A stretch of 48,459 nucleotides of DNA, the filler included, from Catajapyx aquilonaris (taxonomy: Eukaryota): NCBI GenBank assembly GCA_000934665.2. It is 2 parts of 2 records of this genome, joined end to end, with 100 filler letters (N's around TTAATTAATTAA, not from the genome) between each part and the next. Parts side by side here need not be neighbours in the genome. Positions count along the whole stretch, not along the records: positions 24,275 to 48,459 come from KZ539371.1; 1 more part is not named here. One strand, given 5' to 3'. Each line of letters begins with the position of its first letter. Position 1 is the first letter of the stretch. This document shows positions 37,175-48,459 of this stretch, piece after piece. Both the position numbers and the translations under genes were made by a program. The notes beneath the pieces are model-generated. The model had not been told where the DNA came from, ran no database searches, and saw only the letters and a program-made list of their open reading frames with translations.

Positions 37175-38697
37175 ATGGCTCAGGGGGCTCAGGTGACTAT
37201 AATAACGCATGTCGATACATGTTGGATCCGTTTACACCGGTTTACACCCAAGATATTGCAATTTAAATGTGGCATTTAAATTTCAGACAATGGATTTAGT
37301 GTCACCATACCGTGTGCCTCACCTGATGTACTATTTGGGCCAAGGAGATGAAGTCACATGTCGACCCTCTCTGCTTGGATGTTTCTCGGTGAACGGCAGC
37401 AGACAGTTTCAACAGGACATGTCGCAGTTAAAATACTATGATTACAACAAGGTGCCGGCGAAGCCGCTTGACTTGCATGAAGGCATAGACGCTGCGATTA
37501 AAAAGGACGCCACTGATGTCAAGAAAGAAGGGCTTCAGCATATTCTGCGCTGGATTCTGGCTAACAGGCATCATTTCAGCCGTGCTGATGGATGCCAGAG
37601 GTGAGCCATTACTTTTAAAACATTGACAACATTGGGTATAATATAATACCTGATGATTTACTAATCGAAATATGTCAGATTTCTGCCACAGTTTGTGTGC
37701 TACCGAGGACTGCTGACAGCCGTAATGTGCACGCCATACGAGCAACAAGAGGGATGGAAGATCTGCGCATCAATGTTCCTCGGCACGATTTACTTGTTTG
37801 CCATGGACACGGAGCAGAAGAAAAAGTCGAGACAGCATGACACCGAGAGGATGAAGGCCATGCAGGCTTGAGGATTTAAGTTTGAGCAGTACATTTTCGC
37901 AGGTGTGTCTCATCTGCAAGTTTCATAATCGCCGTCAACATGAACTGATTACGTTTTTCAGATGATGCTAACAGCACGCCCAAGACGAATGTACCTGTAA
38001 ACGAGAATGAGGAGTTCTCTTGCGTTTTTACCATGAAAATAGCTGCTTCTTCCGTCTTGTTTGCGGCTGAGATGGATGGTATTGAGTCAGGAGAAACTCT
38101 GATGGAATCAGATGTCGTGAACAAGTATAGCACAAAGTTTGTGGAAGCCAAGACTACCCGAGTTATTGAAACTAGGGGACATGACATGACATACCGCCGG
38201 TGAGGCAGACTTCTCTGACTGTTAGCAAGCCAATAATATTACACTCTTTCAACAGGTACAAGATTATGAAGTGGTGGGCGCAGTGCACCACTGTTGGTGT
38301 AACGAAGATTGTACGTGGCCTACGTGATGACCATGGCCTGGTCCATGAAGTTGGTGAGGTGGATGTGGCAGATCTTCCAAACCAAGGAAAGGTCCATATT
38401 TATCTTGCTTTGCAAACATTCTTATTCCATACACTTGTCCAATGGTAAAAATTTTATTGCCATTGTTACTTTCAGGACTTCTGGGATCCGTCAGTGTGTA
38501 TGAATTTTATGAACGAGTTCCTCCAGTATGTGAAGTCAGTTGTGACAACCGACAGCCCGAAGGTGCACTACTGCTTCAGTTGGAAGCCCAACAGACCAAT
38601 CATCACAGTGGAGCTATATGACGAGACTAACGATCTTGTCCTGCCCGAGTGGTACACCAATGCTGTAACCACTGGGGAAAGTTCTCATCATCGTTGA
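37175..38697 (+). pseudogene. DXO: DXO/Dom3Z/Rai1-family decapping exoribonuclease gene, full length but with one in-frame TGA (37869-37871). Exons 37175-37192 (tentative), 37287-37600, 37679-37902, 37962-38199, 38256-38391, 38476-38697
   Basis: GT-AG introns with matching phases give 383 codons containing DXO motifs: RPSLLGCFS..DMSQLKYY, LQHILRWIL, FVCYRGLLT..CTPYEQQEGW, *GFKFEQY, LFAAEMDG, FVEAKT, KIMKWWAQ, GLRDDHG, WDPSVCMNF, LPEWY. Confidence 0.92.
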
Positions 38698-39703
38698 GTT
38701 TGATGATTCTGATTCAGTATTTTTTTAAAAATGTTCTGTAATTTTATTCAGTTTTAACCCAGTTTACATAAGAGACATTATACAGCAATTTTTCCACTTT
38801 TCTTGAAAATGACCTGTGTTACCAGTAAATTAATCAGCAGCGCACCACAGGCATTGGATTATTGCCTCACTGGAGCTGATAGGATGCATGTAGGCCTAAT
38901 TAAGAATCTGGATATAAATCGATATGAATGAAGACGTCTTGATATAAAAATTGATATAGAGTGGGGGCTCTTAGCGAGATGAAGGGGACAAGTTGGACAA
39001 AAGCACCAAACTTTGCGTGGAGTTTTGTTTGGTCCTATGCTAATAGTTTTTGGTAGGATCCACGGGATCAGTGCACATGGGTCCTGTCACGTGACATTTT
39101 TTTAGAAATCGCCCTGCGCAAAGGGGGATTCCGCGTCAAAGGGGCCGCCCTTGGCCACACAACCTTCTCCGATTTTGGCCATATGCGGGTATGTTGTAGT
39201 GCCCACATACTGGTTTATGCAACCGAGTTTGTTTATGTGTACCATGCGTGGTTTCGAAACTACAGTGTGTCACATGTGCCCATTTTCTAGCATTTTGACC
39301 CATATATGCTGTTACTTGGGAGGGCCACAAGATCAGGTTTAATCATAAATTTAATGTGTGCATTTGAACGGTATTTTCGCTTTCTATGAGATGGTCATAC
39401 ATATGCACAAGAAAATCCAAAATTTAAATTCAAAATGGTTCCCAAAATTTTAATATTTTGATATTACTCATTAATCGACCCCTACTACTGATTTTGAATG
39501 GCGCTTCAAATAATACGGGAAATGTTTGCTTGAGATTGCTTCCAAATCTGGAGATGAGAAATTCGATATTTGCCAAATATCAAAAGCATTTTGTGGGCCA
39601 AATGTAGAAATCCCGTAAATTGGCAACCAAATTTCACAAAATAATATTGTTGCTCTAAAAATAAATAATGGCCTACCACATACATATGATATTGCGAGAA
39701 AGC

Positions 39704-40008
39704 AAACCGAAGCACGTTGGTGTAGTGGATATGGAGTCCGCCTGCTAATCGGGAGGTCCTGGGTTTGAATCCCGGGGCAGGTGACCCTGACCGTGGTTTT
39801 CTGTGGTTTCCCATGGTCCCCCCAGGATAATTCCGGGGTCGTTTCCGTAAAACTAGGCCACAGCCGGTTCCTTCCGTCCCTATCCTATCCCACAAAGCTA
39901 AGTAAAATGAAAGCAAAGAGTTCCAGTCAAAACAAAATTGGGATGAACTCCCCCCCTAAAGAGCCGCCGGCTGATAACAGGTATGAATTATTATAATATT
40001 ATTATTAT
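39704..40008 (+). mobile_element. tRNA-derived SINE (Talua/Lm1-like core) with (ATT)n tail and 14-bp TSD
   Basis: A-box TGGTGTAGTGG, B-box GGTTTGAATCCC, core ggttttctgtggtttccc...aggccacagccggttccttcc; TSD tattgcgagaaagc at 39690-39703 and 40009-40022. Confidence 0.9.
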
Positions 40009-41406
40009 TATTGCGAGAAAGCCTGATGCAAGAACTCGACCGAGTTAACAATAAATACCGATGTCATTGAGTACGATAAATCACATTAAGTTAAAAGAGA
40101 CCACAATTTTTAAGAGCTTCTGAAGAAGCAAGTTTCAGAATTTTTCTTATCGTTTATGGATGTCCAATAAAATTTAAAAGTATCTCAGGGATTAAATGGG
40201 TACCGGTATTTGCCGATCCAGAAATAATATTAGAGCTGCTGTTTCAGCACTTACTTAATTGTTATTAAGCAACAATATAATAGATGATCTCTTCAAAACC
40301 TCTGAGCATCGTAACACGTGCTGGGTTGTTACTGCTCGAGGGGGTGTTTTGGAATGATACATTACGCGTAGGGCAATTTATCGGGGTTTATTGTCGGACA
40401 CAAGAACGGACCTGAGTGTACATGTAGCCTACACAAGTGTTGAGAGGCGCATGCTCATAGCTGGAGCCCTATGGAAGAATCTTCATCGTTGCTTCATCCA
40501 CCTATGTACACAGTTAATCCATTCTTGTGTTCAACAATGAACCCTGATAATCTGCCCAACACGAAATACGACATATACAACATCATTCCAAAATGCCATT
40601 GTTGCATGTGTCCGTGGATTGGCAACTGTCCAGACGTCAAGTTCGTATGGTCAGTAGTTTTGAAGAAAATATTTTATCACATTGTTGCTTAATAAGAGTT
40701 ACGTAAATGCTGAAGTGGCAGTTGTAATATTATTTCTGGATCGACAAATATCCAATCAATCATTCAGCCACAGGATAATTTTTTTGGCCGTCCATACACG
40801 ACAAGAAAGATTCTGACACCTTCCTCACTGAGAAGCCCATTAAAATGGGAATCTCTTTTAACTTCATGCAATTTATCATTTTACTCGGCCATTGACATCG
40901 GTATTTATTGTTACCTCGGTATAGTTCTTGAATCAGGGAACAGGGGTTCTCCAGATTTTGCGGAATCCCAAGTAAACATTTCCCTTAACAATTTAAGAGC
41001 CATTCAAAATAAATCACAGGGGCCCATTAATGATCAACATCAAAATAATAAATTTTTTGATCGCCAATTTTATTAAGATTTTTTGTCTTCTTAATTGCGA
41101 GTATGACCATCTCATAAAGAGTGAAATTACCTTCCAAATGCACACAAAGTTTAGGAATTAACTGTTCTTCCGGGAGTTGTCATCCAAGTAACAGCTTACG
41201 GATGCTTACGGAGCAAAACTGGCATATTGGTCACCCTGTGGTTTCGCAACCACTCGTCTTACCGAGAAACAATCTCTGTTACACAAACCTATCTGTTGGT
41301 ACTACAATATAATATACTTGAATATGACCAAAATCTGAAAAGGTCATAGCAAAGGGTAGCCCCAGCATTGACGCAGAATGCCCCATACAATCATACTTAT
41401 ACTGTA

Positions 41407-41568
41407 CAGTGCTGGCCATATATTTAGGCAACTGCCAGCGACATTTTTCCGAAGCGGCAGAAGAAGGAATCGAAGATAAGCATGCTACAAGCCGGGCGAG
41501 CCAGATTTTTTCTTCTGCTGCTTCGGAAAAGTGTCGCTGGCGGTTGCCTAAATATATGGCCAGCACTG
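41407..41568. mobile_element. 162-bp Tc1-like MITE (TA TSD)
   Basis: Arms start CAGTGCTGGCCA, as recalled for Tc1 termini; TA on both flanks. Confidence 0.9.
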
Positions 41569-41944
41569 TACATACGTACAATTTTGTTACATTTACATTC
41601 ATACACACTGATCATATACCTAATCGACCCCCTATTGTGCAGCTTATTTAAATAACACATAAATAACACTTAAATAACATGACGAGTCGTCTGCGGGGAA
41701 CTATGTGTATTGTTATTTGTAATGCGGCAGTATCAACAACTGAAGAAGTATCCACCGGCTGACACGTTCACATGGATGATGACTCATAACTCATGATCCA
41801 TTGTCTTGATCACCGTGGATCCTACCAAAAATCTAAAGCGTAAGCAATACAGATTCCATGGAAAAAATATGGTGCCTTTGTCCAACCTGTCCCCATTCTG
41901 TCAAATGTTGACCCTAACAGCCCCTACTATACTGCCAATAGCGG

Positions 41945-43219
41945 TTGTTATCTTAGAGCTTTCTGGTACACAACATCAGTTGGTCGTCTTTCTACCATGT
42001 GCCAATAAAAAGAGATTGTTGCTTTCCCCCACTCTGGAGAATGCAACATAAAGCTTTCCATGGGAGAAGCAGGGTGCAGTTAAGTGAACTCCTGCCACCA
42101 GAAAGGACTGTCCCTGGGCTTTGTTAATCAACATTACAAAGCATAGTTTGAGAGGAAACTGAAGTCGCTTGAACTGATATGGGACATCTGTGGGAATCAT
42201 GGGGATTCTGGGAATGAAGACATCCTCATATTTGGCACAGCCAGTCATGATAGTAGCTTCAATGGCATGGGGCAGGAGCTGCTTGACACAAAGTCCAGTG
42301 CCATTGCACAATCTGGGTGGGTCCATATTTCTGAGCAGGATGTTGGGAGAGCCAATCCTGAGAACCAAGTTGTGAGGTGGCAATCCTGGTGGTTGCAGTG
42401 AGTTTAGGAACTAATTAAGTCGGATAATACACTGCTTGATCAATAGCATGTCTTTGCTCAATGCATTCTGTTCAGATCGATGTGGCAAAGGAAGTCCAGA
42501 TTTCAAATCTGTCAGGGATTTGCCCACCATGGTCATGACCTTATCTTCAAGGTAAATGAGGGCCTGGTTGTGCATCGCAAACGTATAGTTGAGGTGAAGT
42601 GTAGGATTTTCAAGCCTATGCCTGTGTAGAATATCATTCTTCCGTCATGAAGTCCCGGAAATAATTCCAATTCCCTTTGGATTCCCTTTGGAATGAGCAG
42701 GAAGTGATGATGATGGCGAAAGGATTCCTGAGGCCTGAAGAAGATGTGGCAGCAGCAGCTTGCAAATTGGCATCCCAAAATGAGGGGTATGGTGGAAAAA
42801 CATGATCACTGGCAAAAGTGTAATTTTTCAGGAGAGCGAATTGAAGTTTGTATTTTCTTAACAAATCATAGGGAATGCTGGTTGTGATCTAGTCCGTGTG
42901 GCCGTCTCATGCATAATACATGAACTTGGAGTACCTATACCAAACTATTTGTCATGTCTTATACATAGTTGCTAGGTGTTCAGGTAAAAAATGACAAAAA
43001 TGTCCGTTATCATATTTTTCCACCACACCCCTCAAATGACATCCCCTTCCAGTAGCCCCCTTCTTTGAAACATGACGGTTGGCGTTACAGGCGGGAGAGG
43101 TTGAAGGTGTAGGAAACGGACCACAGATGGCAGGCAAATGACGGTTGGCAAGGTTGGCATTACAGGCGGACAGACTGACAGATCACAAATGTCTTTATTT
43201 ATATAGAAGAAGATATAGA
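41945..43219 (-). mobile_element. Helitron remnant with PIF1-type helicase C-terminal fragment (about 41950-42410)
   Basis: [37 protein letters not shown]...FIPRIPMIP...FKRLQFP...INKAQGQS...[15 protein letters not shown]; 5' end A|TCTATATC..TATATAAAA..tctgtcagtctgtcc at 43219 on the minus strand. Confidence 0.9.
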
Positions 43220-43244
43220 TGTCCTTCTAAAAAAATCCAAACTT

Positions 43245-43320
43245 TTCTAACTCTAATCTTCTATAACTCGAAGTTTTTTTCCGATCCCATGGAGATTCGA
43301 CTTATAGAAGTTTTACCGTT
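43245..43320. mobile_element. pogo/Tigger-like MITE end fragment
   Basis: ctataactcgaa...ttcgacttatag inverted motif followed by aagttttaccgt. Confidence 0.45.
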
Positions 43321-44120
43321 TTTTGGGTTATTGGAAATGACAGATTGGCTGTTGCAGATCAGAAGGCAGGACCTGTGAAGTGTTCTGAGACATAGATTTT
43401 GCTCAGTTCCAAAAAATAAGAACCTGTTATGTGATCTGCCACAATATATGAAATGCAGTGATACTTATGTACAGTACATTGTGGAACTTCAACTGATGAA
43501 CACCACAAGTGCTTACATGAATCATTCTGGTAAATGAAATCTTGTGATGCCACATGCCAATCGGAGGGGATACGCACAAGGATTGTCTCAGCTAACTCCA
43601 AGGCTCGAACTTTAGGCCAACTGGAGAGGTTCAGATTGTCTCAGCGAGAAAATGAGGGAGAGGAAGATGAGCATTACATGTGTGAAAATGTGGCAAAAGC
43701 AGATAACCAGATCAACCCATAAATCATTATCGACTGTTTTCATATTCAACACTTAATGTGAACTAACTTACTGTATTTCTCGCTCTACTAAATCCCTAGG
43801 CAAATGCTGTCCAATTGTTAAAAGCATAAAAGCCAATGGCTTCACAGCTGAAAGTTGAAAATTTTAACTGAAAGAGAGCCCAATTGCAAATGTATGAATT
43901 CTACACCTGTCCATCATGTGGCTCCTGTCTTGTAATTTTGAGTGAATTGCTGTTCAAAGATGAGCTGCTGATTTTGGCAGATCAGACTTGAACATATGCT
44001 GATGAGTATTTTTTTATGTTGGTGGGAGTATTTTCTGGCATAAGCTACCACTTGATATTATAAGATTGCCTTTGAGCTGTGTTGGTGTGAAGGTCCAGAT
44101 TTTCATTGATTTAGCTTGCC

Positions 44121-44841
44121 ATGATTGGATCAATGAACAACACTAAGACCTTTTTGAATGTGTTTAATTTGGGCAGTAGTAATGTTGAATATTATTTAAA
44201 GGATATCTGCAAAATCCAGTCAGATGAAACAAATACTCCGAGAACCACTGGAGACTTTCATGTGGCTGGTGCAACTTCAAATTATTTGTGCGTGGGCTTG
44301 AAAAAGACTGTTACCGTACACCAAGGGAAAAAAACAGCAAACAAGAAGTCAGGATCAGTCCACACTCAAGTGAAGCAGAAGTTGACTAGTTATGAAAGAC
44401 TCAGATCTCATGGTGGACCTTACCCATGCAGGGATTGTGATAAGAGGTATGTTACAAAGAGTGGGTTTACAAGCACATTACAGGACTATCCATCTTGGTG
44501 TGAGGCCTTACTCATGTGACATGTGTGACAAGAAATACTTGCAAGTCTCACATGGTGGTTCACAGGAGGAGTCACACAGGAGAAAGGCCATTCCAGTGCG
44601 AATGGTGTGAAAAATGTTTTTCTTCAAGTTCTCATTACCAGTTTACCACCTTCATGTTCGGATTCACAAGGGAGTGAAACCATTTCCTTGCACCATTTGT
44701 GGTAAAAGATTGGATCAGTCAACACACGTACACCAGCACATGTTAATTCACTCAGGTGAGAAGCCTTTTGAATGTAGCGCTTGTGGGAAAAATTTCAACC
44801 TATAAGGTAACATGCAGAGCCATATGATATTAATGCATTAG
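44121..44841 (+). pseudogene. C2H2 zinc-finger (Kruppel-type) pseudogene, five fingers
   Basis: [50 protein letters not shown] and [14 protein letters not shown] are spread over three frames, with an in-frame TAA (44803-44805) inside the last finger. Confidence 0.88.
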
Positions 44842-45829
44842 TGAAGTCATCAAGTTGAATATGAAGGGGAAAAAAACCTTTTAAAAATTTCAAGATAGCT
44901 TCAAATGTTTGTGGAAATTCTTGCATTATTCATCACCACATAATTATCTGGGCATTAGATTTAAACCAGCTTCATTATTGACCAAATTTTGAACCAGTAG
45001 CACTAATAATATTTTGTTCAATATCTTCAGGACTGTATGCATTCTAGAGATTTGTAATTAAAGCCAGATAGCTATAGGCTACAGATGCAAGTTTTGTGGT
45101 CTGCTAATGGAGTTGTTTGCAGGGCGATTTAAGGTTGCAAACAATGGCAATCATGATAATTGGAGGGAAATATGTACATCTCATTGCCAGAGTTGTTGCG
45201 TCCTCTGTTGCTACATTGCTATGCATGTTACATGAGATGTTGAAAGGTGTGTTGAAAATTAGCATGTCAATGTAACAGTTCATGTGTAACTGTATACCTA
45301 CTGAGAAAGTACACTGCTTATTGCACCTCATGACATTTGGTGGTGGCTGTTCAATTCATATTTGTTTTAGTATGTATAGAATCTCGTTTTATTCCACAGC
45401 ACAACCCAACAATTATTGCTTTGGTCATACCATAGAAAATGCATATTGTGGGATAAATAAAGCTCTCAATGCCACACTGTGAGTTTAACATTTTTTTCGT
45501 TTACCCTGTTTAGATCAGAAACAATCACAATTATTTTGATAATAGGAATTTTTGTGATAGTGTTGGATATTTTGCAGCACGTCTGCAAAATGGAGAGAGT
45601 TGATAGGAAAGGTGTGAGAATATAACACCAGATTTTCATTAGGGGATGGAACAGTTCCAGCCTGAAGCATGTTCTTGTGCTTTTTAGCAACAAAAAGCAG
45701 CACAAGAGCATTACAAAGAGCATTAAAAATTGATTCTCCATGGGAGGGATGCCCTTTTAATGTTTTTCAGTTTATGGCGTAGCCAAATTACCCCAAAAAC
45801 TATTAGGAATTTGAATCTTTAGTTAACCG

Positions 45830-45920
45830 TTATCAGATATATTACTTCTGAATAGATGTTTTTCCGATAGCTACGCGATTTCCTGCTCAGCCAAAATGGC
45901 GCCTCCATCGTTCTGAAGGT
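45830..45920 (+). promoter_or_regulatory. Possible promoter/TSS region with YY1/Pho motif
   Basis: CAAAATGGCG at 45892-45901, preceded by DRE-like tatcagata/ccgatag; locally CpG-richer. Motif evidence only. Confidence 0.3.
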
Positions 45921-46510
45921 GTCTTTGTTGAGAGAATTTCTTGTGTTTGAGACGTTTTGAGTCCGGGTTGTGGGTAGAACCGGGTTGGATCGAAGCACTG
46001 GGTTTTTCTGTCGTGTTGGAACTGATAGGGCCCCTGTGGCCCCGGTGGACCAGGAGATGATGGACGGGAATAACGAGGCTACCCTGACGGAGATCTTGGC
46101 TCGTGTGATCTCACTGGAGAGATGGGCTTGGAAAGGAGGGTACAGAGGATAATGGATTTGCATTTTTAGGTAGTGAGCAAGGGTAGCGAGACAATAAGTG
46201 GTCCCAAAACGGCCAAAACGTACCCACAATCAGGGCTGCCAACCTACTCTTGAGGCCATGAAAAATAATAAGGCTTTGCAAAAATGTGATTCCTTAATTT
46301 TAATGTTTGGGCCCGCATGATGCATTTTTGCAACCTTTTCTTTCCATTGCATTCTTGTAACGACTTTCATTAATAATGATGACCACTACAACCATCACAT
46401 ATAATTATGTACACACATCTTCCTTTGGTGACATAGGCCTATACTTGCCATGTAAATGAGATTCCTGAGAGTCAGAGAGATGGTAATGTGCTTTGCCTCT
46501 TCAGTTGCAG

Positions 46511-46683
46511 ATCACAATCCAAGCAACATACCTCGTCCTTCTGAAGCCCTCACTTCAGTCAATGCTGAAGTTGAAAGTGGAGATTCTGTGCCTGTGGGGA
46601 TGAGCATCAAAACTGAATTGGACCTGTGTAAGATAGAGGAGGTCACGGTGGAGGATGAAGGCCCACAAGGAATTGATAGTTGG
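46511..46683 (+). CDS. Possible internal exon of a transcription-factor-like gene (acidic, IKTE motif)
   Basis: ttgcag acceptor, gtgagg donor, open frame DHNPSNIPRPSEAL...MSIKTELDLCKIEEVTVEDEGPQGIDSW, resembling linker exons of insect zinc-finger/BTB proteins. Confidence 0.4.
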
Positions 46684-47011
46684 GTGAGGATGAAATTACT
46701 CATTCATGGGGTCTGGGGGTCAACTGAAATAGAGAGGTCAAATTTAAAGAGCTATGCCAGTGCAGTGATGCAGTAAATTGGCCATATTTTTGGTACAACA
46801 GATAGCCTACCACAGAGGAATTTTTAAATGAGTGCAACAGAGTGAGCAAGAGTTGTGCACGTCTTCAGTGTTCTGTAATATAATTTACACCAGAACCTCT
46901 TTTAAGAAATAATTGTGTGATCATCATGTTCCTTTGCAATTGAGCCTAATATTATTGGTTTACAGCACAGACTTGTACTGTGCTTTTTAATTTACTTTCA
47001 TCACTGTACTA

Positions 47012-47588
47012 CAGGGTGGGCGAAAAGTCCCAGGACACCTGGGTTTTTTTGCCTGCAAAACAAATCTGTGCATGGAAAATGTGCCGGGGATGCTGGTGTG
47101 ACATATTCTGGACACTGACGGAACTGTTTGATGAGGGGAGACATCTGGGGACCCCCAACAACAGCCACAGTAAGTTAACACTGTTAACAGTGCAAGATGG
47201 CAGATACGAGCGGGTTCTCTGTGGAGGAGAGACTTGTGGCTACTCTGTGGGTCCACGGGAGGCCTCATACGGGAAAGAACATAACGCACATAATGCAGGA
47301 TATCAGGGCTCCTTTTGGTAAGGTGCCACCGAGAAGAAGTAACTTGAACAAGTGGGAGAAAAAAGCATTCAGCATGGGAAATTTGAAAGACGGGAAACGT
47401 GAAAGACACTTCCCTTGCTAAATGCTTTTTATGGGTGTTGTTGGGGGTCCTCAGATGTCTCCCCTCATCAAACAGTTCCGTCAGTGTCCAGAAGATGTTA
47501 CACCATCATTTCCGACACATTTTCCGTGCACAGATTTGTTTTGCAGGCAAAAAAAAGCCAGGTGTCCTGGGACTTTTCGCCCACCCTG
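47012..47588 (+). mobile_element. Tc1/mariner deletion derivative with ~155-bp TIRs and a transposase N-terminal HTH remnant (47197-47400)
   Basis: TA|CAGGGTGGGCGAAAAGTCCC...GGGACTTTTCGCCCACCCTG|TA; peptide FSVEERLV...FGKVPPRRSNLNKWEKKAFSMGNLKDGKR resembles DUF4817-type HTH domains. Confidence 0.9.
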
Positions 47589-47687
47589 TATATCGCTCAA
47601 AAAGATAGAGACGATTGGCATTTGATTCAAGTGCAAGTTGCACTTGAGTCAAATGCAAAATTGTCTCTATCTTTTTGGGCGATATAG
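47589..47687. mobile_element. ~100-bp hairpin MITE whose left end is split by the adjacent mariner element
   Basis: tatatcgctcaaaaagatagagac...caagtgcaa g ttgcacttg...gtctctatctttttgggcgatatag; the left tip (gtac) lies at 47006-47009. Confidence 0.8.
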
Positions 47688-48459
47688 TACATCTCTGACC
47701 ACCACTTTCAGAGGGCAATACTGTGATAATATAATATGGTTAATTGGTTATGTTAGTAATGTGACTGCACATCTGAACAAATTTTGTGATGCTTTGTGCA
47801 TAGCCACCTAATATAATATGGATGAATTTTTAAACGAGCACAACCGAGTGCTCACCACAGTTCAAGCAGCTTGCATGGTTGGCATCTTCAATGATAGTTG
47901 GTAAGCTCTCTGTTTAGTGGGTGAACTGGTTAAAAAAAAAACAGCAACAACTGCACTTGTTTCCATTGAGTCTGAGAGGTTCCATTCAGGACCTCAAAGA
48001 GTATAGGTGTGAGTAACTCTATTAATCTGAGAAGAGGGCAGAAATGTTTATTATTAATATATGGCAGGTAGTGAAATAATAATGAAGTTCCGGTTCGAGT
48101 AGTCCCAAACAGTGCGGTTTTGCTGTGAGCTCATCTGAGCAGTGTGCTTCTCAAATTAATAATAATGTTAGTGCGAGGCCGTGTGGGACAGAAATCAGGA
48201 AGACTTCATGGAATGTGAGGGGCAAAGATCCTTGGTCCTCGCTACTGGATATTGGATTCCCACAAAATAATGATCTTGCTGCATGTGGCTTATTGGAAAC
48301 TTGGTGTAGTGACAAGAGGCAATTTTTTTGGTCAAATGTGGAAGTGTTTCAAGAGGTGGCGGAAAAAAAAAGTAATTTTGGGCGGGCAAGTGGCGGCCTG
48401 ATGTTAGCAGTGAAAAGTGCGTGGGAACCAAAATTAATTTACACGTCTCCAAATATGAT

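Larger units (their letters stand above)
38957..41929. mobile_element. ~3-kb non-autonomous element with ~1-kb diverged inverted arms (TAG...CTA ends; Academ-like)
   Basis: Co-linear inverted matches: 38981-39090 with 41790-41897 (ggggacaagttggacaaaagcacca; tttttggtaggatccacgg), 39125-39560 with 40945-41385, and 40030-40300 with 40655-40935. Superfamily is inferred only from the ends and arm length. Confidence 0.7.

Noticed and set aside
37869..37871. TGA as selenocysteine or an alternative genetic code
   Set aside because: It aligns with Trp, not Cys; other Trp codons in the gene are TGG and the gene ends with TGA; no SECIS recognised.
41683..41700. Alternative Helitron 3' end (CTCG|T)
   Set aside because: It falls inside the long-TIR element and lacks a hairpin and CTRR.

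Overview
AT-rich, repeat-dense eukaryotic DNA, most likely from an arthropod/insect draft assembly (two N-gaps, one holding an artificial TTAATTAATTAA spacer). Recognisable genes: (1) the last four coding exons of a dopamine/ecdysteroid receptor (DopEcR, GPR52/GPR21-like) class A GPCR at 12060-14173 (+), which has Met instead of the acidic residue at TM3 position 3.32; (2) a compact six-exon DXO/Dom3Z/Rai1-family decapping exoribonuclease gene at 37175-38697 (+), full length with intact splice sites and catalytic motifs but with one TGA at a Trp position; (3) a decayed C2H2 zinc-finger gene at about 44121-44841; (4) a possible promoter and exon of a further gene near 45.9-46.7 kb. The rest is transposon debris: Tc1/mariner and pogo MITEs, Sola-like elements with 4-bp TSDs, a hAT transposase remnant, a Helitron remnant interrupted by a ~3-kb element with ~1-kb inverted arms, four tRNA-derived SINEs, and several fold-back palindromes with no TSD. 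All identifications come from reading the sequence and from recalled family motifs; no database search was run.
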